Shown: piece by piece, positions 23,381 to 34,900 of the stretch | How the letters are laid out: every line of letters starts with the position of its first letter | Numbering within the stretch: position 1 is the first letter of the stretch | From: Callorhinchus milii | Lineage: Eukaryota | Direction: 5' to 3' | DNA length: 64,000 nt | NCBI RefSeq assembly: GCF_018977255.1 | Contig: NW_024704742.1 | Span: forward strand, 69,380,001-69,444,000 | Translations under genes and position numbers: made by a program | The notes under the pieces: model-generated | Database searches by the model: none | Told to the model about the DNA's origin: nothing | What the model saw: the letters and a program-made list of their open reading frames with translations, nothing else

Positions 23381-26300
23381 GTAAGATTTGGGAGGCTTAT
23401 TGTATGTTCAAGTCTTGATTCCATGTTATGATGTCCACAAATTGATGACTTGTTTTGGGGTGGTGGGGGCAAGAAGCTGGAAGTCAAGTGCAGAAGAAAT
23501 TGTACTCCCTGTGAATTGATGTCGGGAATATCTGCTGGAAAACTAATGCATCAAGCTCATCACTTATCCTGGGTTTGGGCTACTGAGAGCAAGGACAAGA
23601 ATGATCTGAAATACCTCATTGGTGTTTGAGAGCACAGCTGTTGTGCATTCAAACTGGGTTTCCTCACTGCCTTTCGTAGCAGGTGTGGTGGGGGTTAGTG
23701 GTGGTGAAATGAAAATGACTTGGTGCCTTAATGCACTTGTTAAGTCTGACTGATGAACCCATGGATAAGCCAAGGCCAACTGTGTAGACATATGTGTCTT
23801 TCACTTTATTCTATTCATAAGAACCTTTTTTGGAATATTAAGCCAAATACTGTCTTATTTTCTCTTCTCCTTTTAACTAACTGTTGTCCTGGATAGATTT
23901 CAATAAGTCACTTGACTGGGTGATCCTATCTTGTCAATGCTATTATGGGTTGTGATCTCTTCTTGTGTTTTGCAGTATTTTTTTGCCGCTTTCTACATAT
24001 TTATTCATGCATTAAATAAGCAATAATTTCATCATTCAATCCACGACTGTTTATGGGACACTGTTTGCGTAATTCGCTACTGTGTTTTGCTCACAAAAAT
24101 ATATAGTCAATTCACTTTGCAGTATATTTTGTGAAGTGCTTTGAGACATCTCAACAATGTGATAAGATGCTGTATCAAATGTAATTATTATTATTATAAC
24201 ACAGCATTGCCCTGCTGCTAAAGCCACTAAGTCAGGGCAGTGACTTAACCCAAAAATTCTAGTTTCTAGAAACTCAAACTCCTCCCACCAACACCCTTTT
24301 TTTGGTCACCTTTTTTCCTCCACTCCTTCGTCAACTTCCTCCTCTCCCAGCTCTGGTTCCCAAGTGATTCTAAGGAATGCTTTGAGGTTTCCTACAAAAT
24401 AGTCACTACATATTATTGAAATCCTGTGAAGGGTTTGAAGATATTCTGAGGTGTTGTAACAACATGAAAATACTGTATGAAATGCAAGGATTGTTTCTTT
24501 AGGACTCTCAGATGAGATGATTGGGAAAGTCAAGGACCTCAAAAGTACAACTAAAATTGTCCAAACTGGACAAGATATCCTAGTTGCCATCCATACTGGC
24601 AGTCAAGTCCTTGTCAATGAATTTACCCTTGGGAAAGAGATGAATATGGAAACTCCAACAGGAGACACAGTCAAGGTAATGTTACTGAAAAGTTGAAGCT
24701 CAGATCCAAACCTTTCAATGTCTAGTGCCTTGGGACATTCTCCCGACCTGAAAGACACTGTATAAATGTAAGTTGTTGTCCCATCACTCACTCGGTACCA
24801 ACTGTCCCATCACTCATTCTCTCCGCACCAACCACCTCCGAAAGCCAAACACCTCTTCCCCCTCCCTCATCCATATCCTCTCCAATGCTTGCCTCTCCTC
24901 AAACTCCACAGTCATTTCTTCCCCACAACCTCAAATCCTCCCTATATCACTCCCACCTCCATTTCCCCACCACCACCACCACCAAACCTGTCTCCATTTC
25001 CCTCTAAAATGTCTGCTCATTGATATTCTTGAGTTTACAGAAAGCTGCCTCTCCTCTGGCGAGAAGCCTCTCCCTTGTTGAAGCCTCCCCTCCTGGCTGC
25101 ACCATTCATCACACTCCCTGCCCCAACCAATGTGGTGGCAAGGTGGCCCTCATCTCCCTTGGCTTATCCCCCTATTCCGCTGGCTGTTTCTCCTCCTTTG
25201 AGCACCTCACCCTCTAATATTCCACCTCTCTCTCCCTCAAAATTCTCCTAGTTTACCGCCCCCCCCAAACCTCCTGGCTCCTTCCTCACTGATATCTCCT
25301 CTCATCTCTGTCCCTCTGCACTGAACACCTGCTCGTAATGGGTGATTTCAACCTCCACTTTAATTCCCCTTGCACCATCTCCTCGGGTTTCACGATTTAC
25401 CATCAGCTGTGGCTTGAGCACCTCATACCCCAAATACAGTCGAAACCCTTGTGCATACCTCCCGCCTAGATTACTCAAACACACTCCTTGCCAGTCTCCC
25501 TAGCTCCACTATTCAAAAAATCCAGCTCATTCAGAACTCTGCTGCCCACATATTGACCCAAACCAAACTCCGTACCCCCACCTCACCAGTTCTGGCCAGG
25601 CTTCACTGGCTCCCTATCACCGAATGGATCGACTTCAAGATGCTCACACTCGTGTTTGAATCCATTCACTCCCTGGCTTCTTCGACCTCCTCACTCCCCG
25701 ATCCACCACCAGGCGCCTCCACTCGACTGGCACCAGCCTCCTGCTTGTCCCTCACACCCTCCATTCCACCATTGGAGGTCGGACTTTCAGCCACTGTGGA
25801 AAACTCTCCCTCAACCCCTCCACCTTGCCCCTCTCTCCCTTTTTTTAAAATCCAGCCTGAAAACCTTCCTTTTTGACCGTGCATACGGTCACCTCCCCCA
25901 TCCCCCTCCTTCCACACACCCCCCCGGCTTGGAGTCTGGCTCTGCGCTCTAAGACACTACCCTGCATGGAGGGCATTATATAAGTGCAAGTTGTTGTTTA
26001 ATCCCCACGTCAGGGTTTTGAACTCCATCTATACTGACACTCAAGTGCAGTGCTGGGAGAAATGCTGCATTATTCAAGGTGACGTCCTTTGAATGAGATG
26101 TTAAACAGGTCCTGTCTGCTGTTCAGGACATTAAAATTATGTGGTTACAAAAGAGAAGGGAGCTTGTCCTAGTGTCCTGGGCAATAATCCCCCCCTCCCC
26201 AATAAAACTGGTCGCTCACTTCACAGCTATGTGATGTTTGTGCAATGTTGTTGTCCAAAAATTAGCTTCTGTGTTGGTCTACAAAATAGGCACTAAACAT

Positions 26301-28200
26301 TATAGTAAAATCCTATGAAGTACTGTGAAATGCCTTGACAATGTGAAGGTGCTATATTAAATTTTGTTTTTATTGTACAAAGTTAAATCTGCTGATCACT
26401 TTATTTGTTTGCAGGCTATGATGAAACTCGAAGGTGACAATAAACTAGTTGTCACCACAGCAGCCATTACTTCTGTTGCAGAATTAGTTGAGGATCGGCT
26501 GATTAATGTAAGTTTCAGTTCTACATCCTCCTACACAGTCTGACACCTGTTAAACGTCAGAAGGTTGAGCAGGATATGATTACAGTCTTTAAGATTCTAA
26601 AGGGACTATATAATGCAGACCATGATGAGCTGTTTTATCTTGTACTGAGCAGTAGAACCAGAGGACACTAGTTGCGATTCAAGGGAGGTAAAATCAGAAC
26701 AAATCTGTGGAAACACTACTTCAGTGAGCTAGTAGTAAATGTATGGAATAATAATCCTATAATCCTTGCATTTAATCTAGCGCTTTTCACGTTTTCTAGA
26801 CGTCTCAAAACGTTTCACAGAATATGCTGTAAAGTGAATTGACTATATATTTGTGGGCGAACAGGTTCCCAAGGGAGACAGTGGAAGCAGAAAGTATCTA
26901 TTCTTTCAAGAATAAATTAGATTGATTGCTGTTAGGAAATAATATCTCAGGATACAATATATAGTTTGGGACGTGACATGTGACTGTCAGGATGGTGGAA
27001 GAAGAACTGGATGTCGCCTGCAAATTCGTATGTTCTTATTTCTGGCATTTAGCCTTCTCATCCTTAGGATGAGAAATTAAACCAAGGTCTTGTCTGTGCC
27101 TGTTCAGGTGGACATTAAAGATCCCAATGGCCCTACTCAAAGTGAAAGGTACTTCTCCCAGTGTCCTGGCTATCAATCCCCCAGAATAAAATTGGTCATT
27201 CCATGCTGTTTGTGGGACATTAGTGTATGTAAAATAAAATGCTGCTTTCGCCCGCAAATAGTCAACACGGAAGGGGTTGCTGTGGTTTGGGGTATAGGAA
27301 CAGACTTCTCTGATCAAGGGACAAATGTGGTGTGGAAAGGGTGGTAACTAACTCTCTCACCTTTTCTCCTCCCTCCCCCCCTCCTTCAGTTCCAAGTTCT
27401 TCCTCAAATCCCCTATAGCACCTGGGCACTACATAAATATTACACCCACAAGAGCTGAAATAGGAATCTAGTTGAGACCAGTGACTTGAGTCCTTAAAGA
27501 TAGAGGTATAGATCGAGGTATAATTCAATGAAAGGAACATCACTCTCTTCCATTAAGTGTAGTGTCAGTTATCCCTTGAGCCAGCAACTGCCAGAAAGGT
27601 TCTCCGATTGAGATTTGCCTGTGGTACAAAGAAACAAAACCGAATCACACCCATAAGTGGAGCATGTTGGAAAGATTGAGCTCCTAGCGACAGCTATGCT
27701 TTCAATCCTCGGTTGGCTGGGACCGGTGTTCCAGCACTTTCCATTCTGAGGATTGTGATCTGCCCTCATTAGAGGAAACCGAGATACTATAATGTAGAGC
27801 TCACTTGTGCACTTGGTCACTAGGCTCAAGCCAGGTTTGCCCTGCAGAGAGGCAACCTGGTCACCTGACTTGCTCAGATGGTCATGAAGACAGGGTTCAG
27901 GTCTGCATTGTCCTTTGATAGTTTGGGGCCTGGAAGAGTTTGTGGGGAATTGGGGCTTGTCTGCAGGACAATGCATGTTCCCTAAATGGAATGTATTTGG
28001 TCCAATTTGTTTAATGTGGGTGAGCAGGCCTAACCTCGCTCACCAATAAAATAAATCACTGTCTTCCATTGACTAAACTACTAAAGTACTTGATTATAAC
28101 CTTGTGTGCTTTTTGGTTTCAGACAATAACTTTTCAAGGCATCGTTTACAAGAGAATAAGCAAGAAGGTTATAGACCCTGTTTCAGAGAATGGCCAATAG
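23314..28200 (+). CDS. FABP1: Liver-type fatty acid-binding protein, copy C; join(23314..23380,24503..24675,26415..26507,28123..28200), 136 aa
   Basis: Spliced product [136 protein letters not shown]. Exons 67/173/93/78 nt, GT-AG, overlapping AATAAA pair at 28260-28269. Confidence 0.9.
24503..24675 (+). CDS. FABP1: FABP1 copy C coding exon 2
   Basis: TTTAG acceptor, 173 nt, GTAAT donor. Confidence 0.9.
24990..26000 (+). mobile_element. Degenerate L2 fragments (APE part + 3' end)
   Basis: [23 protein letters not shown]...LHWLPI motifs; GTTGTT tail. Confidence 0.75.
26415..26507 (+). CDS. FABP1: FABP1 copy C coding exon 3
   Basis: TTTGCAG acceptor, [15 protein letters not shown]...DRLIN, GTAAG donor. 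Confidence 0.9.
28123..28200 (+). CDS. FABP1: FABP1 copy C coding exon 4
   Basis: TTTCAG acceptor, [25 protein letters not shown]. Confidence 0.88.
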   Translation, partial: TITFQGIVYKRISKKVIDPVSENGQ

Positions 28201-28259
28201 CTTATTACCAAGGGGTGGGGTGGGTGGGTTGGAGAAGAAAAGAAAGATGCCAATATTGT

Positions 28260-28269
28260 AATAAATAAA
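28260..28269 (+). terminator. Polyadenylation signal, FABP1 copy C
   Basis: AATAAATAAA about 60 nt after the stop, preceded by TGT. Confidence 0.7.
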
Positions 28270-28505
28270 GTGTTAAATCCACTTATTGCACGATGTGATT
28301 ATTTCAGTAGTAGGCTGATAAAATCTACATTACGTGCATGATCTGACCTTTACTTGTTTGGGTTGGAGGGCTTGCAGTTGTCCCAATGCCCTTGATGGGC
28401 TTCTTATATTGATGTGCCCCTCCATGGTGGGATGGGTCACACAATGGCTGACTTCCATTGAACTATAGGAAAGTCCACAGTATAGAAAGAAGTCATTTGA
28501 CCCAT

Positions 28506-28727
28506 AACAAAAACAGAAGTTGCTGGGAACACTCAGCAGGTCAGGCAGCATCTATGGAGAAAGGAAAGTGAGTCAACTTTTCGGGTCCACAACCCTTCAC
28601 CAGAACTGTCATGGACCCGAAACATTGACTCGCATTCCTTTCTCCATAGATGCTGCCTGACCTGCTAAGTGTTCCCAGCGACTTCTGTTTTTGTTTCCGA
28701 TTTCCAACATCTGCAGTTTTTTGCGTT
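28506..28727. mobile_element. Palindromic Penelope-like insert with a 13-bp target-site duplication
   Basis: 84-bp inverted arms 28506-28589 / 28612-28695; TCATTTGACCCAT at 28493-28505 and 28728-28740. Confidence 0.7.
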
Positions 28728-29816
28728 TCATTTGACCCATTGTCTGGGCTGGTGCTAACAAGCTTTTTTAAACAAATTACATTTGTATAGCTCCTTTCAC
28801 ATCTGGAGGAAGTCCCAAAGCGCTGTAAACCCAATACTCCACAATTCTTTAGAGTGCTGTGAACCTGTCTGGTGGGAGGCAATTCACACCTTCAATCCTG
28901 TGGGATGGGATTCACACCTTCACTCACTACTGTCCAAGGCATAGTGTATGGAGGTACAAGAATGGACTACTGTGAGGGCCAAAATTGTTTGGCTTTACTT
29001 TTGTTTTCTAGTGTGAATAGTCCCAGCTCTAGGTTTTTTTTGGTGTCTTTCAAGAATATTGCAAGCATTGTGTGTTCCACCTTTGTATACCACTGATGGT
29101 GTGAACATTTTGCTGAGTCTGGAATGAAATGTGCACCATGTCTCTCTCTGGAGGGACTTGCCCTTCTTAACTAATTCTGGAAAGTATTGGGTGCACATTG
29201 GAATTGAGACTTGGGGACTCTAGAGTGTGAATTGGGTACGGTTTAACCAGCTAAAATGGCAATAACTTGCTATTATAAATTTCTCATCTCTAGTTATGTA
29301 ACTTCTCCATGACACTAGAAAGATAAATCTCTACTAAACTTTTTTTTAAAAAAACTGTTGCTCCAGCCAATGTAATTGCTGTTTCCTCTACCCTTCATCT
29401 TAAGAAAAGATCGCATTATTGCCCACAGGCTTGAATCTTGTAGCCTGATTGAGGTGTTGGTGATGTTTTGTGTGTGTATTTATGTGTATAGCATGGTGAT
29501 GAGCTTTCATGTGTATTAATACAACAATAAATAATTTTCAAACCCTGAAGATGGATGAAGGACATAGGTAGTGTTAAGCTTCAATCTGGTGCCAGGAGTT
29601 CACACCTTGCTGGAGCAGTTGGGTATACAGTGTTTATGCTTCTCTGTCCCAACATTGCATCCCTCTCCTCAGAGCATCTCTTTCTACAGCTGTCTCCAAG
29701 CCAGCCAGCTATGTGATTGCCATGTGTAAAATATGACTGGACCTTGTAACTCTAGCTGTTGGCTTGTCTGCTGTAGGCACCAGGAAGTAGAGTGAAACAA
29801 GAGGAGTGTAGCAAGC

Positions 29817-29822
29817 TTTATT
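29817..29822 (-). terminator. Candidate distal polyadenylation signal, SMYD1
   Basis: TTTATT on + (AATAAA on -) in non-repetitive sequence about 1.9 kb past the stop. Confidence 0.4.
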
Positions 29823-30784
29823 TTGTATCTTTTGCGATGGGAAGGAAAAATATACTGCCTAAATAGCTGTCATGTAAGGGTACAATGGGAAGTAATGTAT
29901 ACACATATGTACTTCATTTAACTGATATGCATCAACTATATGCATAACTATTATGTAGCATTGCTTTTGATAATTGGATACCGGACAGTAACTCCTGTGC
30001 CTAGTAAGATTTGGATGGGGATGGAGAGGTGTAGAACAATGGAATAGAAAAGATTTGCTTCAACTATGTCCTTCAATTTGCAATTGCTTACAATTGCTGT
30101 ACTATGAAGCAGAGGCATTCCGAAATAGTCTATTTTCACTTCCATCTGTTTTCATTCATGGGCTGCGTTTAGCTCTATTGCAACAGAGACGTTGCACTTA
30201 TTGTTTCACAAACCTGCAAAACGACTGAGAATGCGGTGAGATGACCACAATGGTCTGTATGATGGGCACACCTTGGGCAAGAATGCCTGAATACGCAACA
30301 ATGGAACAATTTATATTTGTATAGTGTCTTTCAATCATTGTGAAAAGTTCAGCCTTTTTACTGGAAATGGGGAAAGGTCAGAAAAGATGGAATAAGAATA
30401 ACAATCCTTGCATTTGATATAGCGCCTTATGTTGTTGGGACATCTCGAAGTGCTTCACAAAATATACTGTAAAATGAATTGACTATATTTTGTGGGTGAA
30501 ATGCAGCAGCCAAATGCACACAATGTCTCACAAACAATTATGAATTAAGTGACCAAATTAAGACCCAAAATGCTGGAAGACAGTCTCCCTCAATCCTTTT
30601 ACCTTGTCCCTTCCTTCCCCATCTTCAGGTCACGCCTGATTAATTTGCACTGTTAATAAGAAACGTGCAGTTCTCAAATTTTCTGAGAAATGCATTCTTC
30701 AGCACACTTGATGGTCTTGATCCAGAGATTTCTTGTGCTTTCAGGCAGCCAGGTTTTGGAGTGTCAGAACCCATCACCATGATT

Positions 30785-31105
30785 AATAATAATAATAATC
30801 CTTGCATTTGATATAGCGCTTTTCACATCTTCTAGATGTCCCAAAGCGCTTCACAGAATATATTGTAAAGTGAATTGACTATATATTTGTGGGCAAACGC
30901 GGCAGCCAATTGTGCACAGCAATGTCCCACAAACAGTCATGGATTGAAAATGACTCATTTTTATTATTGTTTTGTTTTCTTGGAGGGATTATTATTAGGT
31001 GTGTGGAGTAAGGAAACTTGCCCAAGGTTTCGCCCTGCCTGGAATTGAACTCGGGTCTCTCACTTGCAAAGCGAGTGCTCTCACCACTGAGCTACAGGAC
31101 TCCAC
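30785..31105 (-). mobile_element. tRNA-derived SINE (short form), full length, downstream of the SMYD1 stop
   Basis: Reverse complement of the 17823-18131 type. Confidence 0.9.
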
Positions 31106-31744
31106 GGCATTCAAACCAGACAGAGTTTCGTATATGTATTCTACCTACAAATGGAAATTTCCCTGTGTCTGGAATTTGCACTCCCTCCCTAGAGGGACTC
31201 GCCAGGATTCCAATTTCTGGAAAGTATTAGTGCATGTTGGTAGGAGCCAAGACTTGGGGATACCAAGTGTGTGCGTTAGGGTAACTGTTTCCTGCTAGGA
31301 CCACCATATCTCACAGGGCTTTGGCATGCAAGGTTAACAGACCACCCCCCCTCCAAGGACTAGGATTAAATAGTTGACTTTGAGTAACTTGGCATTGGAC
31401 TTGAACCTCAAGAGCATCAAGACATGTCTCAAGCTGTCCTGTAAAAAGGTCCTTCCACCATGCTGAAAGCAGATGTCAGTCAGATAGCTGATGAGGAAAC
31501 TCTGAGACTTAGAACAACTGGAAGACAGCTCAACTATTTGTATTAAGAAATGTATTAAGCAAAAGCGCAAACTGGGTGCCAGATGCCTCTTTTAAAGAGT
31601 GTCCGGCTGTGATAGAATGTGTGTTTCCCTCTATTCCCCTTCCATCTTCAATAACTAAAATAGCACCAATAACATTCAAATTTCCTGTTTCAAAACCAGG
31701 CATTAGTAGTAGTCGGGGTGGGAGTGGGAGCGATATTTCTGGGC

Positions 31745-31906
31745 TTATTTTCTCCGGCGGAAGAGCTGTTTGACGTACTCGCCCGCTGCTGGCTCTGCCA
31801 TCATCTGCATGTTCTTGTTCTTCAGTGCTGCATCTCTCATCTGGTAATAGAGAAACTCGTTCTGCTGGAACATGCGCAGCTCCATCTCAGTCTGACCCCG
31901 CATGGT
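31745..31906 (-). CDS. SMYD1: SMYD1 exon 10 (coding part)
   Basis: [30 protein letters not shown]...LFRRRK*. Confidence 0.95.
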   Translation of the reverse strand, partial: TMRGQTEMELRMFQQNEFLYYQMRDAALKNKNMQMMAEPAAGEYVKQLFRRRK

Positions 31907-34900
31907 CTGCAGGAGTAGGGGGAAAAAGGCCAGGCCACTCGGGTCAATGTTGTGAGATTTCTTAAAGGGGATTTCTTAATTAAGGAATTACTTAATTTGT
32001 TGAGTCCTGTAGCATTGTGGCCTTGCAAGAGAAGGTCTTGTCATGTTATTGATGCATCTCAAAGCGCATCACAGAATATACTGCAAACTGAATTAACTGT
32101 ATATTTTACAGTCAATTACGCACAGCAGTGTCCCACAAACAGTCTTGGATTGACAAAATTTATTTTTGGAGGGATTATTACCCCTGGAAAGCGTTCTACC
32201 AATCAACTAGCAACCTACTTGCTGCTGGTGAACAGAGGGATATGGGATAAGAAACTTGCCTAAGATTTCGTCCTGCCTGGGAATCAAACCCGGGTCCTTT
32301 CGTTTGCAAGGCGAACGTGCTAACTACTACACTACGGGAGTCATGTAAGCGAGACCATAACGCACATGAAGTATTTGCACTTACACAGGCGGTGACGGGC
32401 TTACCTCAAGATCCTTCGTGATGGCATGAGTGGGTCCGTGGGTTACGAGCAGGATGCCGTATGCTTGGCAGATCATGGCGTGACCTGTTTCGATGATGCC
32501 AGCGTGCCAGTGGGTCACCCCTGCTCTCATCATGGCCATGCCTAGCTGGGCGTTGTTCGGGTGGTACAGTTTCCTATTTGAAAGGAAAATGTATCCTTAA
32601 AATTCTCACCGGAGTGGCTCAAACCCACCTCCCACCCCGAGATGAGAAATTCCACCCAGAATTCCACCTCGCCTGTGGCACCATTTTTGCCATTAAATTG
32701 TTGGATTCATGGCAAGTTTTTCAGTTCAGGCTTCATAGCAATAACCCTTTCATGTCAGGAGGACATCTTCACAGAACGTTTAACGTCCACCTGAACAGGC
32801 AGACATCTCATCTGAAGGACGGCACACCCCTCCCCTCTCTCTCCCTCCCCTCTTTCCCTCTCCTTTCCTCTCTTTCCCTCCCACTCCTCTCTCTCTCTCG
32901 TTCCCTCCCAAGCCCCCCTTTCTCTCTCTCTCTTCCCCACTCCAAGAGTTTAATGTATCACCCAAAGGACGGCGCCTCTGACAATGCAACACCCCCATCG
33001 CTGCACTGGAATGTCAACTTCAAAATGTTTTGTACCCACAGCCTTGTGCCTCAGAGGTGAGAATGCTAGCACTGAGCCAGGCTGACACAGCGTTTCCGGG
33101 GTATCTGTCTCTCTGCAGGTTGAGGCACCTACTTGTAACCCTCCACCATCCTCTCAGCATGCATCGCCGCCTCCTCAAAGTGCTGCAGATACGATAGTAC
33201 CTCTGACAGGAGGCTTAGCACCCGCAGCACATTCAGATGTGTGTCAGCCAGCACCCCCTCCTCCTTCTTCAAACACTCCCGACACAGCTTCACTACCTGA
33301 GAGAGGGGGAGGGAGAACAGCGAGGAGGGAGAACAGAGGGATGGCGGGGGGGTGGGGGGGCAGAGAGAGAGAGTAGGGGGGGAGAGAGAGAAAAAGAGTG
33401 TGAGAGGGGGAGGAGGGGACAGTGAGAGTGTGAGGGAAAGTTGGAGAGGGAGGAGGTGAGGGGAGAGAGTGGTAAAGAGAGAGATAGAGGGGGAAAGAGA
33501 GTGAAAAGGGGTTGAGACAGAAAGAAACGGAGAGAAACCGGGATACAGAGGGAGTGAAAGAAAGAGGAAGAGAGCAAGAAAAATATACAGAGAGGGAGAA
33601 AGAGAGGAAGAGAGTGAGAGAGAGAAGGAAGGAGAAAGCACAAGAAATACAGAAAGGGAGAAGAAAGAGAAAAAAGGGGGAGAAACAGAATGTGAGAGAG
33701 AATAAAGGAGAAAAATCTGTTATGCACTTGAGAAAGATGGAGTGGGAGACAGCACAGTTACAGATGGGGAAGGGGACACCAAGAATCGATCATTGATTGT
33801 GGGGAGGAGGCGGATTTCCATAGTAACTGACAGTCTGACTCCCCCACAATGTAAAGTGAATTGACTATATTTTGTGGGTGAAACGCGGCAGCCAATTGCG
33901 CACAGCAGTGTCCCACAAACGTCGTCGATTGAGTGACAATTTTTTTTGGGGTGGAGGGATTATTACACCCCAGAAAGCGATCCGCCAATCGACTAATAAC
34001 TGGGTTCCTACTTCTTATTCTACTTCTTACTAGGTAAACAGAAGGGTGTGGAGTAAGGAAACTTGCCTAAGGTTTCACCCGGCCCAGGAATCGAACCCGG
34101 GTCTTCTTGCGAGGCGAGTACTATTCTACGGGACTTCATATCCTGAGAGTGACAATAAACAGATCAGCCGAAGCATTGAGACAGACAGCCCCTTACCTCA
34201 GCCCACAACCCCTCTAATCGATGCTGGTCAACCTTCTCCAGGGCTGCCTTCGAAAATTCAGTGACCTCCTTCACTGTTTCTTCAGATAGCTGCAATTTTA
34301 CAAGAACATCATTGTTAATAATAATTAATCCTTGCATTTGGTAGAGTGCCTTTCACCTCGGCAGGACACCCCACAGGGCCTCACTGAATATGCTTAAAGT
34401 TCAGTGACTGTGTGTTTTGTGGGTGTACGTGGCAGCTAATTTTTGCAGAGCAATGTCCCACAAATAATCATGAAGTGAATGACCAATTTATTTTATTCGG
34501 GGTATTGTTGGCCAAGACACCAGGAGAAACTCCCTTCTCTTTTCAAATAGTTTCATAGGATCTTTAACATCCACCTGAACAAGCAGGTGGGACCTGCTAG
34601 GTCAAAGGTCGGGACATTGACTCAAAATCCAGAAGGTTGTGCTGACAGAATAATTATTAATGCACTTCTTCCTGTCTCCACTAGCTGGTGCTGGCGTTAC
34701 AGCTATTTGGGATTCACACAACCTACCTGGACTTGGTACCTGATTTGCTTTCCCCATCTCACCCTGATCTACAAAGTCTTTAGTCCCCTACCCACATTGT
34801 TTCACTTCTGATGTCTTATTTGTGTGTTCCTCTCCTGCCTCCTTCAAGGCACGTCTCAAGACCCTCCTCCTCAACTATGTACCAGGGGTAATAATAATAA

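Noticed and set aside
33293..33796. Hydrophobic or charged ORFs next to SMYD1 exon 8
   Set aside because: Low-complexity intron; only 33133-33296 is coding.
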